A stretch of 64,000 nucleotides of DNA from a virus. The DNA lies in IMG/VR virus record IMGVR_UViG_3300012931_000019, positions 18,154 through 82,153 of that record; one strand, 5' to 3'. The position numbers and the translations under genes are program-made. Below the pieces are notes generated by a model. That model saw only the letters and a list, made by a program, of their open reading frames with translations. It had not been told where the DNA came from and ran no database searches. Each line of letters starts with the position of its first letter. Positions within the stretch are counted from its first letter, which is position 1. Below are positions 50,697 to 61,091 of this stretch, in pieces.

Positions 50697-51395
50697 GTGT
50701 TTAAAATGAATAAAGCGGAAACAAAAGCTGTAGAAATTGCTATGATTATTGCATTTGTGGTTTTAATTATAACATTGTATATCTTTTTAGCTAAACCAAC
50801 TTGGGTTTATGGTGCAGAACCGAGAATTGATAATCAAGGTTCTAGAGGAATATGCGTTGTATATGCAGTAGCAAATGGAATAGAATATCAGATGCAATTG
50901 CAAGGCATAGAAACCCCAGAAAACGGGTTTTCAAAGGCGTGGCTTTATAATGAATGTAAAAAGATTGATGGTATAGATGGTGAGGGAACTTTAATAAATT
51001 ATGCTTTAGAAGTGGCTTATGAAAAAGGATTATGTCCAACAGATGATTATGGCTCCAAGAATGCTAATGAGATAGCAAGCCAATATAAAATAACTACTTA
51101 TGCGGGTATATTAACTAATCTTGATAGTATTGAAAAATTAATAGATGGTGGACATGTTATTCTAGTAAATTCAAGAGTAACGGATGATTGGAAAGATGGT
51201 ATTATAACCAAACCAGATGAAGATTCGAAAGTTCTTCATGCGACATATTTATTTAGTCATAATGACGATTCTAGAATATTAACTGGAGTTAGTTCGTGGG
51301 GAAGTAAATATGGGTATAACGGAACTTATCAAATGGCGTATGAATGTTTTTATTTTCCTTGTATAATTGGTACTTGGATTTTTGATGTTAATTGA
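50697..51395 (+). CDS. Membrane-anchored or exported papain-like (C1) cysteine peptidase
   Basis: N-terminal TM helix; DNQGSRGIC (Q/C), LHA (H), SSWG, YG..G.Y motifs. Confidence 0.85.
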   Translation: MFKMNKAETKAVEIAMIIAFVVLIITLYIFLAKPTWVYGAEPRIDNQGSRGICVVYAVANGIEYQMQLQGIETPENGFSKAWLYNECKKIDGIDGEGTLINYALEVAYEKGLCPTDDYGSKNANEIASQYKITTYAGILTNLDSIEKLIDGGHVILVNSRVTDDWKDGIITKPDEDSKVLHATYLFSHNDDSRILTGVSSWGSKYGYNGTYQMAYECFYFPCIIGTWIFDVN

Positions 51396-51418
51396 TTAAA
51401 TAAAATTAAAAATAATTC

Positions 51419-51446
51419 TTGACTTTTTATTTTAGTTTGGTATAAT
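51419..51446 (+). promoter_or_regulatory. Sigma-A promoter with shared upstream motif
   Basis: AAATAAAATTAAAAATAATTC-TTGACT-16 nt-TATAAT, extended TG. Confidence 0.7.
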
Positions 51447-51474
51447 AAAATAAAAAGGAATTGAGGGCGATGTC

Positions 51475-51744
51475 ATGTCGTATTTTGAAAATATAATACT
51501 TGAAGATTCTGAAATAAATCCTGTTGATATGTTGGCACTAAATTCAGCAGATTGGGAACTAAACGAAATACCCAAAACAGCTTGGGTAAAAGAAAGGTTC
51601 ATTCCAAGAATTCTAGTTGATACTGGAATTGTTAAATCAATAAGTGAAGTTAAAAGAAATAAACCAGAATTATGTATTAACATTCCTTATAATCAGTATT
51701 TAGAGATTAAGTGGGGAAAACGAAAGTTTTGGATTTTGGGTTAG
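51475..51744 (+). CDS. S4-like RNA-binding protein (resembles the TyrRS C-terminal domain)
   Basis: LVDTGIVKSISEVKR...LEIKWGKRK pattern. Confidence 0.55.
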   Translation: MSYFENIILEDSEINPVDMLALNSADWELNEIPKTAWVKERFIPRILVDTGIVKSISEVKRNKPELCINIPYNQYLEIKWGKRKFWILG

Positions 51745-51761
51745 ATTAGAAGGAGAATAAA

Positions 51762-52118
51762 ATGGATTTACGAATGTATATATTGGTTAATGAAGATGTG
51801 AAAATTAATAAAGGCAAACTTGCTGGTCAGGTTGGTCATGCGGTAGCAAGTTACTTATATTGGAATCTTGTTGATTTTTTAAATCCATTTAATAATACAA
51901 TAAAAACATATATGGAAAATAATCAAAAGAAAATTGTTTTATATGCTTCACAATCTAAGTTAGAAGAATTTGAAGAAAATGGCTATACAACAATTCGAGA
52001 CAATGGATGGACTGATTTAGAGCCGAACACTCTAACGTGTGTAAATATGGGAATAATTGATTATGATAATTTTCCAGAGAATTTAAGATGGCTTAAAGAA
52101 TTAAAATTGTGTAGATAA
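51762..52118 (+). CDS. PTH2-family peptidyl-tRNA hydrolase
   Basis: GKLAGQVGHA, KKIVL, IRDNGWTD..P.TLT motifs. Confidence 0.88.
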   Translation: MDLRMYILVNEDVKINKGKLAGQVGHAVASYLYWNLVDFLNPFNNTIKTYMENNQKKIVLYASQSKLEEFEENGYTTIRDNGWTDLEPNTLTCVNMGIIDYDNFPENLRWLKELKLCR

Positions 52119-52197
52119 TTTATTTAAATGCTAGAAATATTTCCCATAATATTACAATATGTGATATAATTATGAATATCATTGATGAGGGGAAAAT

Positions 52198-52803
52198 ATG
52201 AATGTTGAAAATTTGCCGGATATAGTATATCATGGTACAATATCTATTTATAAGAAGAGTTTACTTGATGGTATAAATTTGAAAAAGGGCAATGAATGTG
52301 TTGATTTTGGGCAGGGATTTTATACTACTACAAACTTAGAGCAGGCTAAATATTTTTCAATTACCCAAAGCAAGAAGAATAATATATTTCAAGAAAGTAT
52401 GAAGTCTAGAAATAATGAATGGATTCCTAGATATTCCAATCCATTAATTATAGGTTATAAAATTAATAAGGTATTATTAAAAAAATATTATGGTTTGTTT
52501 TTTAGTAATTGTGATGTTAGATGGGCGGAATTTATATACAACAATAGGTTAGGTATTGACTTTTTGATTTCCAATTATCATAATATAGATAAGAAATATG
52601 ATTTTATATATGGATTTATGGCTGATGCAGATATTGCAAATATTATCCAAGATGTAAAATTAAGAAAAATTGATTTTGATAGATTTGCTGAAGCAATTCA
52701 ACCATTTGATCAATATAGTCAAGATCAACTATCATTTCATACAAAAAATGTTTTACAATGTATAGAATATGCTGGTGATATTAATTTAAGAAAGGATGAT
52801 TAG
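52198..52803 (+). CDS. DUF3990-like protein (ART-like fold)
   Basis: YHGT...DFGQGFYTT...W..FI..NR...YD.I.G.MAD...QLSFH. Confidence 0.8.
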   Translation: MNVENLPDIVYHGTISIYKKSLLDGINLKKGNECVDFGQGFYTTTNLEQAKYFSITQSKKNNIFQESMKSRNNEWIPRYSNPLIIGYKINKVLLKKYYGLFFSNCDVRWAEFIYNNRLGIDFLISNYHNIDKKYDFIYGFMADADIANIIQDVKLRKIDFDRFAEAIQPFDQYSQDQLSFHTKNVLQCIEYAGDINLRKDD

Positions 52804-53014
52804 TATGTATAACATTGCTAATGCTTCTGAAAAAATGTTAAATTATGTAACAAACGAAATTGCTACTAATTATCATTTTGGTAAAAAAGAAGCTAAAAAT
52901 ATGGTTCAAAATTCAGCATTTATGATAATGTTAAAAGAAGAACCAGATTTTGTATTTCATTATAATGTTGAATATTGGGCTAAAGAAATTATTAATGAAC
53001 ATACATTGAATTAA
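52796..53014 (+). CDS. Small partner protein (DUF3791-like)
   Basis: Overlaps the DUF3990-like stop; helical, FHY..EYWA motif. Confidence 0.55.
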   Translation: MISMYNIANASEKMLNYVTNEIATNYHFGKKEAKNMVQNSAFMIMLKEEPDFVFHYNVEYWAKEIINEHTLN

Positions 53015-53112
53015 TATACTATATTGCTCACCTTTTAGTTTATCTAAATGTTCGTGAGCCAGCGTAATTTTTAGTATGGGAATGGATGTCGTTCCCACAG
53101 ATCGTTTATATG

Positions 53113-53146
53113 AAAAAAGACTTCTACATATAATGAAGTCTTTTTT
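53113..53146 (+). terminator. Intrinsic (possibly bidirectional) terminator
   Basis: AAAAAAGACTTC-TACATATAAT-GAAGTCTTTTTT. Confidence 0.75.
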
Positions 53147-53215
53147 ATTTTTCTAGCAAATTGATGAGCTTTCATATATAATACATATATAAATTATGTA
53201 TATGGAGGTTTTATT

Positions 53216-53803
53216 ATGTTGATTAATTGTCCAGAATGTAATAAAGAAATTTCAGATAGGGCGGTAAATTGTCCTAATTGCGGATATCCTTTAAATGAAA
53301 TACCTGCAATTAAAAGCAATGATAATAAATTAGTTTATCCAGATTTCCCAGAAGATTTGTCATTGGGAGATTCTCTTGTGAAACTTTGCTCTGGATTTAC
53401 AATACATGACGAGATCATTAGTAATATTCCAGAATTCAATAACGGTCGTATTAGACTTGATTTATATAAAAATGGTATAAAAGCATCGAATAATAATATT
53501 TCCATTTTGATTCATAAATCTCAAATAATCTGCCTGTCTGAAGAAAAAAGAACAGAAATAGCGGAGAAAAATAAATCAGTAATCGGCAGGGCAATTGTGG
53601 GCGGAATTTTAACTGGCGGCATAGGTGCTGTTGTTGGTGGTGTTTCTGGCGTTGGTACAAAGAAAGAAAAAGTAACTAAATATTATTTAACATTAAAATT
53701 TTGGGATATAAATATTAGGGAAATAAAAACCATAACTAGTATTGGATTAATGACTGATGAATTTTTTATTAATCGATTTAACAAAGAAATAATGAAAAAA
53801 TAA
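53216..53803 (+). CDS. Zinc-ribbon protein with glycine-zipper membrane segment
   Basis: CPECNKEISDRAVNCPNCG; KSVIGRAIVGGILTGGIGAVVGG. Confidence 0.8.
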   Translation: MLINCPECNKEISDRAVNCPNCGYPLNEIPAIKSNDNKLVYPDFPEDLSLGDSLVKLCSGFTIHDEIISNIPEFNNGRIRLDLYKNGIKASNNNISILIHKSQIICLSEEKRTEIAEKNKSVIGRAIVGGILTGGIGAVVGGVSGVGTKKEKVTKYYLTLKFWDINIREIKTITSIGLMTDEFFINRFNKEIMKK

Positions 53804-53933
53804 TAAATGCATGAAAAGGCTTTTAATTATTAGAAGTCTTTTTTTATTCATATTAATAACTAAATATATAAATAATTTTGAGAAGTGTTTTATTTCACTT
53901 CTCTTTTATTTTGCAAGGAAAGGAGAAGTGAAA

Positions 53934-54663
53934 ATGAATGATATTTCAATTAAGATAAAAGCTATTCTAGATCAAACCGCATCAACTGGTAATATTGAAA
54001 GTCAAATCAAACAGATTCAAAAAAAGTTAGATAATTCACCTTTAAAATTAAAATTAGATGAAAATTCCATAAAAAACACATTTGATAAAGATGGCAAATT
54101 AACAAAATCTATATATAAAGTAAATGATGCTTTAAATGGTCATTACACTGTTGTGCAAAAAGCAAGCAAAGTAACAGGAGAATTAGAAACTGCACAAATT
54201 AAGTTATCTACGGCAAATGATAAAGCAGGTCAGAGTTTTTCCAATATTTTGAAAAAAATTGGGACTTGGGGTGTAGCCACTGGAATTCTGTACGGCGGAC
54301 TTCGACAAATTTCGACTGGCGTGGATTACATAATCGAACTTGATAATTCCATGAATGAAGTTCAAATTGTAACAGGATACACAAAGGAAAAAGTCGATGC
54401 TTTAGCACAATCTTATAATGAACTTGGCAAACAGATGAAGGTAACAACTTCAGAGATTGCCGCTACTTCTGCTGATTTATATAGACAGGGTTTAACTGAT
54501 GCGGAAGTTACTGATCGAATGAAAGGTATTATTGAATATGCTAAAATTTCAAGTATTTCATTAGAAGATAGTAATAAGATTATAACTGCAACGGCAAATG
54601 CCACTGAACGTTCAATTGAGAATATAACAGATATTTTCGCTTATTTAGGCGATACAACTGCAT
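53934..54663 (+). CDS. Tape measure protein, exon 1
   Basis: AAGGAG RBS and ATG at 53934; TMP motifs (ELDNSMNEVQIVTG, LYRQG); ends GCA-T at a group I 5' splice site. Confidence 0.9.
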
Positions 54664-54963
54664 GAAAAACCTCGTGCCTTATAATGGTAACATTATAATG
54701 ATAATTTAGTGAACTATATTACTCATAGGTGTATAATCAACATTTTGTAATAGTAGGAAATGACTATGAATGATTATGCTAACAGGGGAGCCTAAGTTAG
54801 AAATAATATGGTAATCCTGTGCCAAGCTTCGTAATTGAAGAAGGTTAAACGACTATCCCATAGGGGAGTACATTGGAAGATGAGTTGCCAATGGAAGTGC
54901 TAAACAACCATAATATTTGGTTGATGATATAGTCTACACACATAGAAATATGTGATAAAAGTG
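54664..54963 (+). ncRNA. Group I intron 1 (300 nt, no ORF)
   Basis: P1 GCAU/GUGC with U.G; P7 GACTA 54851 with TAGTC 54930; terminal G; removal restores the frame. Confidence 0.9.
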
Positions 54964-55054
54964 CAGGTGCAGATGAAATTGGCGAAGCTCTTCAGAGAGT
55001 AGCTTCTGCCGCAGACAATTCAAATTTAAGTTTAGAAAAAACAAGCTCATGGTT
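54964..55054 (+). CDS. Tape measure protein, exon 2 (91 nt)
   Basis: (S)GADEIGEALQRVASAADNSNLSLEKTSSW(L). Confidence 0.88.
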
Positions 55055-55352
55055 TAAATTGTAGACCCTTAGTATAGTAATATACTAATGCAAAGTTGGC
55101 TTTTATCGGAAAAAAACCTATAGGCAGGTCAATTCCGAGGATAAGATTAGTATTGTTAAAATATTAAAATCCGTAACGACTATGTACTGTAATAGTAATA
55201 TTATGGTCACGCCAACCTTCCTAATTATAGGAAGATGATATAGTCTGAACTGCATTTATAGCCTAAAAAATAAAGATGCAGAAGTAGGAAGAAACTCCTA
55301 TTCGCCATATTTTATATGGTCAGTACCTAATTTTAGGGAAAGTAACAGACTG
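55055..55352 (+). ncRNA. Group I intron 2 (298 nt, no ORF)
   Basis: P1 GGUU/GACC; P3 GTTGGC/GCCAAC; P7 GACTA 55178 with TAGTC 55241; ends AAGTAACAGACTG. Confidence 0.9.
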
Positions 55353-55658
55353 AGCAACAATTTCCAGCGTTTCAAGAGAAACGGCTTCCACGATCGGACG
55401 AAGCTTAAACTCAATTATCAGCCGATACGAAAGTATAAAAAAGACAGGATTTTCTAGTGAAGATAGCACTCAATTAAATGATGTGACAAAAGCTCTTTCT
55501 TCAATTGGTATAAATCCAACTGTAAATGGACAACTTCGCGATTTGGGAGTAGTCATGGATGAAGTTGGAGCGAAATGGAACACATTAAGTAAAAATGAAA
55601 AAGCTTATATAGCGACTACAATGGCGGGAACCTATCAACGTAATAGATTTATAACCCT
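55353..55658 (+). CDS. Tape measure protein, exon 3 (306 nt)
   Basis: ATISSVSRETASTIGRSLNSIISR...AGTYQRNRFIT(L). Confidence 0.88.
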
Positions 55659-55900
55659 AAAATTTGGGGCTTTAATAGCATAATACATAAACTATTAAAG
55701 AAAATTTTCTCTAATAAATTTACGAAACTCCAGAAGTGGACAACGTAGTGGAAGTTTACACACCAGCAGAGACTAAATGAGAAAACTTCATGTTAATGAA
55801 GATGTAATAGTCCGAACTCATGATATAACTTAATCATGAAACATGAGAAGTATGAAGAAATTCATATTCGCCTAGTAATAGGTTATAAAGTAACAGATTG
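55659..55900 (+). ncRNA. Group I intron 3 (242 nt, no ORF)
   Basis: P1 CCCU/GGGG; P3 TTTTCTC/GAGAAAA; P7 GACTA 55771 with TAGTC 55808; ends AAGTAACAGATTG. Confidence 0.9.
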
Positions 55901-58733
55901 AATGAATAATTACGATGATAGTTTAAAAAATTATGACAATGCTCTTAATGCGGCTGGTCAAACACAAAAGAAATATGATACCTATCTTGAATCAAGTCAA
56001 GCTCACATAGACGAACTCACTACATCTATGCAAGGGATGTGGCAAGATACAATGTCTTCTGAGCAATTAAAAACTTTAATTGATTTTGGAACAGGAATTG
56101 TAAATATTATTGATAAAATCGGATTATTGAATATTGCGGCAGTAGCATTATTTGGTATATTAGGTGGTCGTGGTATATTAACAACTGTAGTTAATTTAAT
56201 TCCTCTTACAAAAAGTTTGGCTTTAAATATTGGTATTCTTGCATCTAATATGGGAGTGTCTGAAGCGGCGGCTGTTACTTTAGCCAAATCCCTTTCAGTT
56301 ATGGTTCCTGTAGCCGCTATTTTAGCTGGAATAGCTATAATAGATTATTTAACAGAAGCTTTAGATAGGCAAAAAGAATCTGTAGCAGATTTATCAAACA
56401 AAATTCAGACCTTAACATCTGAACGAGATTCATTAAATCAAAAAATGTCAGAGGGTGCATTAATCGATTCAGAATCAAAAAGATTGGAATTACTTAATGC
56501 CGAAATAACTGCAAATCAAACGCTTTTGAAACAAGAAGACGAAAAGTTGTATAAGATGGAACAACAGTCTAATCTTCCCACAACTAATCAAATGTCTTGG
56601 ACTAGTTATTATACAACAGATAGCGGCTTAAAAAGTGCTGTAGATGAATACAACAGTCTTAACGAAGCAACTGCAACTACTCTTGAACAGCAAGACGAAA
56701 TGAAAACGCGTAAAGCTGAACTTATTAAAGAAATGACTACGGAAGTAGGACAGCTTCAAGCTCATATTGATTTAGGAACAGAGCTTACAGATGTAGATGC
56801 CAAACGGCTTGATCAGATGAATGCAATTATCGAAGCCTACAATAAGCAAACCGAGGCCGAGAAAGCCGCTGACGAAGCCGCAACTGAAACTCAGACAGTA
56901 CAGCAAAAATTAGCGGAACAATTTTCTAATGGTGAAATTTCTTTAAAAGATTATATATCTAAATTAAATGCTTTAAAAGCATCGTCTAAAGAATATGAAG
57001 TGCAAGCATACAATTTAGGTGAAGCTAGTACATTTTTAGCTTCAATTTCCGATAAAGTTACTAATGCTCAGTCTCTTACCGAAGATGAAGTAAAACAATT
57101 GACATCTTTATATCCTGATTTACAAGGTGCTATATATGAAACGGCAGATGGATGGTCAGTAGAAAAAACGGCGGTTGATTTATTAAATACTAGTGTCACA
57201 TCATTACAAACAGCTTACATGGATGCTCAAAATGCAATGACAGAATTAGCGGCTATTTCGGTTGGTGAAAGACTTAATATTACTGATACAGAATTAGCGG
57301 CTGTACAGTCTGTGGCTGATGCATATGCGACTCTTGCCGGAAAGAAAAGTAGTACTGGAACGGGATATACGGAACATGAATTAAAAATGCTGAATATCAA
57401 CGATCCAACGGTAATGAATACGCTTGCATTAGGTAAGGCTAGAGAAACGATAAACGCTTTGAAGAAGAATTTAGGAAGTATTAATACTAAAGCATTGGAT
57501 TCTTCTTCTTCCAAATCTTCCTCCGACGAATATGACTGGTTTGACGAAATGCTTTCCACTTCCAAGCAATACATAGAGAATCGTGATTTATATGGTGATT
57601 GGGATAAATATGGGGATTCAGCAGTATCAGCATGGGAAAGAATCAAAAAATATACCGAACAGTATTATAAAGATGGAAAAATTAGTTATGAGAAATATGC
57701 TGATGTAATTAATGATATTGATCAATCTTTATATACAGCTAAGAAAGACGCAATCCAGTCAGCCTATGAAGCGGAAGTCGAATACCAACAAAAGCTAATA
57801 GAATCCCAAAAAGACGCTCTTGAAACAGAACTAGAAGCAACGGATGCTCAATATGATAAACACATTGCAAAACTTCAAAAGAAATTAGACGCATTAAAAG
57901 ACGAAGAAGAAGAACAGGACAAACTTCTTGCCATCGAAGAAGCCAGAGAAGATTTAGAAAATGCAAAATCTGATACATCATATCGGGTTTATAGCCAAGC
58001 AACGGGATGGCAATGGACTTATAATCAATCTGCGGTAGATGAAGCGCAAGAAGCTCTAGATGACGCTCAAGAAGAATATGACGACTATGAGGCAGAAGCC
58101 AAACTTGAAAAACAAATATCTAAATTAGAAAAAGCCCAGAAAAAGAATGAAGAAAATATTAATGCTCAGATTGATGATCTTGATGCGCTTGCTGAAACAT
58201 GGGAAAACAGTTTAGATATTAGTGCAGATACAGCAACGTATACAAGTCAATTAGATGCATTGTTAGCTGTTGAAAACTCCAGTTATGCTAGTAGACTCGA
58301 AGCGGCACAAGCTTTTGCGACGGCATATAAGAAAGCATTAAATGGAATAGGACAAACTTCAACGTCTTCAACAACCACAACTACTTCAACCACATCCACA
58401 ACATCAGCAGATTCAACTAATGTTAATACTTATGGTGAAGGTGGACATGTGAATACACCTCAATTAGCGGTAGTCGGAGATACAAGCGAATGGATTATAC
58501 CAGATTCAAATATGCCTTCATTTGTAGATTTAATAGGTAGTAATATAATGAATAATATGTTGAGCAACATTACAGCATCTATGCCATCTATTACTCCAAT
58601 AAATCGTAATACATCAACTGACAGTAGTTCTCATATGACTATTCAGAACATGACTATTCAGGCAAATAATCCCAATCAGTTTGCAAATAAAATGAAAAAT
58701 CTTGTAGCAATTACAGGAAATATGACTAATTAA
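55901..58733 (+). CDS. Tape measure protein, exon 4
   Basis: (L)MNNYD..., hydrophobic segments, long coiled coils, C-terminal YGEGG...VVGD.SEWIIP. Confidence 0.9.
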
Positions 58734-58749
58734 GGAAGGAGCATGAATT

Positions 58750-61074
58750 ATGCTATTTCAACCTACTTCACCATACCCAGAACAAACAGCAATTGATGCA
58801 ACAGCAAGCAATACATTTTCATGCTACTTGAATGCTGAAGGCGGTACGCAAATAACCGAATATGATTTAACCATTAATGATTTAGATGGTAATGAAATAT
58901 ACACAACGGGGGACACAACATTGTCTCCCGTTTTATATAATAAAAATACTTTATCTATAACCGTTCCAAGTACAAGCGGAATGACTAACGGATATGATTA
59001 TGTTTGGAATATTAAACTATATGAAACGAATCCGACAATTTGGGTTACATACGGCACAGTTCAAGCAACAAGTACAACTACGAATGTTTATTTAAGAATA
59101 TCTTATCTTATTGAGGCAGGAATGTATTTAAAAATTGGCAATCAGATCAGATTAATTTCGACTTATGATTCTGATACGGGACTTGCTGTAGTTTCAACCG
59201 CATTTTCAACCGCACCTTCAACTGGCGCACAATATAATATTTATACAAATTATGTGGTTAGTGATGATATTTATTTTAAAGCCAGAGCATTACCCGTAAT
59301 TTCAATTACAACTTATACCGCAACAGTAACAAATAAGGCGTTTACATTTACCGGAAGTTATACTCAATCGGATAATGTAGATTGGAAATATTATACTTTT
59401 AATCTATATGACAGTAGTGGTGAATTATTAGACACTACCGGAGAAGTGAATACTGGTACAATTTCTTATACATTTGATGGATTTTTAACTGGTACAAGTT
59501 ATAGTATTGAATTGGTTGTAGAAACGCAAGATGGGACAAGCGTAACTACTGGACTGGAATCATTTTCTGTTTTATATGCTATAACTACAGTATTTAATAA
59601 TCAGGTTGTTGCTGAATGTTTAATGGCTAAAGATGCTATGCAAGTATCATGGGGAAATCCGTATACAAATTCTTATACACTTACGGGTACAACTTCGCCT
59701 TATTATGAATACTTAGAAGATACTCCCCAAACTGATCAAACATCTGTTTCTTTATATAGTGGTTCAGAGTTATTATATGAAATTGGAAACTCATTAGGTG
59801 CAGTAATTGTACCATATAATTCAACAACATCTTTTAGAACAAGATTACCAATTAGTTTTCAAGGCGATATTATTAGTCTAAATAATGCTGTGGACGAAAG
59901 TTATTATATATTATCTTATACCGATGGTACTTTCTATTATGATATTAATAACTTATACACCGGCAGTATTAAAATTCAAGATGGAAGTGCAACATGGCTT
60001 TTAGGTTCAACTTATGATGAATATACGAACTATGTGTGGGATGATACTCAAACATGGAACGATTCTTTATATTTTTATGAACAAACTGCAGATTTCTTAA
60101 ATACTCATTGGTGTGAATTTACTCTACTTCCAACAGGTATATTGCTTACTTTAATTCCGGTTTCAGATTTAAATTCATCTACTGATTATACGCCTGATAC
60201 TACGTCTACTTCGTCTGGAAGTATTCCTAATGGATATTATACATTAACACTCTACGGACAACAAATTTGCGATTATGTTTGGGTGTGTAATAAAGTATTT
60301 TCTACTTCTGAAATAGAAGCCACTACACCTATTGGATTTGAGCCAACATGGGATACATATACAATGCTAATGGCTTTATATAATGATAATCTAAATGCTG
60401 GAAGTATAGGAACTATTACAGAAGGTGTAACTGATTGGTCTGTATATCGTCAGATAGTTGGAGATACAAGATTATATTTTGTAGAAACAGTTGATGTAGC
60501 AACAACTCAGGTTATTGATTACAACGTAGCTAATCAAACATCATATATTTATCATTTATTCCCAATTACAGCGAGTACTATTGGTGGAGTCTTAAAATCA
60601 GAATCAACTACAACAGATTGGTGGAATTGGTCATTAACTGGTATTTTAGAATCTTCAGATGATGAAAATATCTATTATGCTGATGCTGATAATATTTGGT
60701 TGTTTAGATTAAATTTAAAATCTAATAGTATAGATCAAAATTTAGACATTACTACATACGAAGGATTCACACAGTATTCTAAAATTAGCAAAGGTTTTAG
60801 AAATTATATGACAGGTTCAATTACTTGCTTATTAGGTGATGTTGAAAATGTGGAATATATAAATGATACTGTACAAAAACAAAAAGATTTTGCATCATTC
60901 GTTTTAAGCACGGAATTAAAAGTATTAAAAGACCCGAAAGGGAATATATGGTTAATTGATACAATTTCAAATTCATACAGTATAATAGATGAAATCAGTC
61001 AACAGCCGACTATGTTAAATTTCGAGTGGCATGAAATTGGGGATTTATCGGAAATTTCAATAATAGAATCATAA
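58750..61074 (+). CDS. Tail/baseplate protein with Fn3-like repeats (YomH-like)
   Basis: T/Y-rich beta domains; C-terminal KVLKDPKGNIWL; follows the tape measure gene. Confidence 0.75.
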   Translation: MLFQPTSPYPEQTAIDATASNTFSCYLNAEGGTQITEYDLTINDLDGNEIYTTGDTTLSPVLYNKNTLSITVPSTSGMTNGYDYVWNIKLYETNPTIWVTYGTVQATSTTTNVYLRISYLIEAGMYLKIGNQIRLISTYDSDTGLAVVSTAFSTAPSTGAQYNIYTNYVVSDDIYFKARALPVISITTYTATVTNKAFTFTGSYTQSDNVDWKYYTFNLYDSSGELLDTTGEVNTGTISYTFDGFLTGTSYSIELVVETQDGTSVTTGLESFSVLYAITTVFNNQVVAECLMAKDAMQVSWGNPYTNSYTLTGTTSPYYEYLEDTPQTDQTSVSLYSGSELLYEIGNSLGAVIVPYNSTTSFRTRLPISFQGDIISLNNAVDESYYILSYTDGTFYYDINNLYTGSIKIQDGSATWLLGSTYDEYTNYVWDDTQTWNDSLYFYEQTADFLNTHWCEFTLLPTGILLTLIPVSDLNSSTDYTPDTTSTSSGSIPNGYYTLTLYGQQICDYVWVCNKVFSTSEIEATTPIGFEPTWDTYTMLMALYNDNLNAGSIGTITEGVTDWSVYRQIVGDTRLYFVETVDVATTQVIDYNVANQTSYIYHLFPITASTIGGVLKSESTTTDWWNWSLTGILESSDDENIYYADADNIWLFRLNLKSNSIDQNLDITTYEGFTQYSKISKGFRNYMTGSITCLLGDVENVEYINDTVQKQKDFASFVLSTELKVLKDPKGNIWLIDTISNSYSIIDEISQQPTMLNFEWHEIGDLSEISIIES

Positions 61075-61091
61075 AGAAAGGAAGGTAGAAA

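Noticed and set aside
53811-55900. Tape measure gene as a pseudogene or as several separate genes
   Set aside because: All three interruptions have group I intron hallmarks and their exact removal restores one frame; the 53811 start has no RBS, whereas 53934 does
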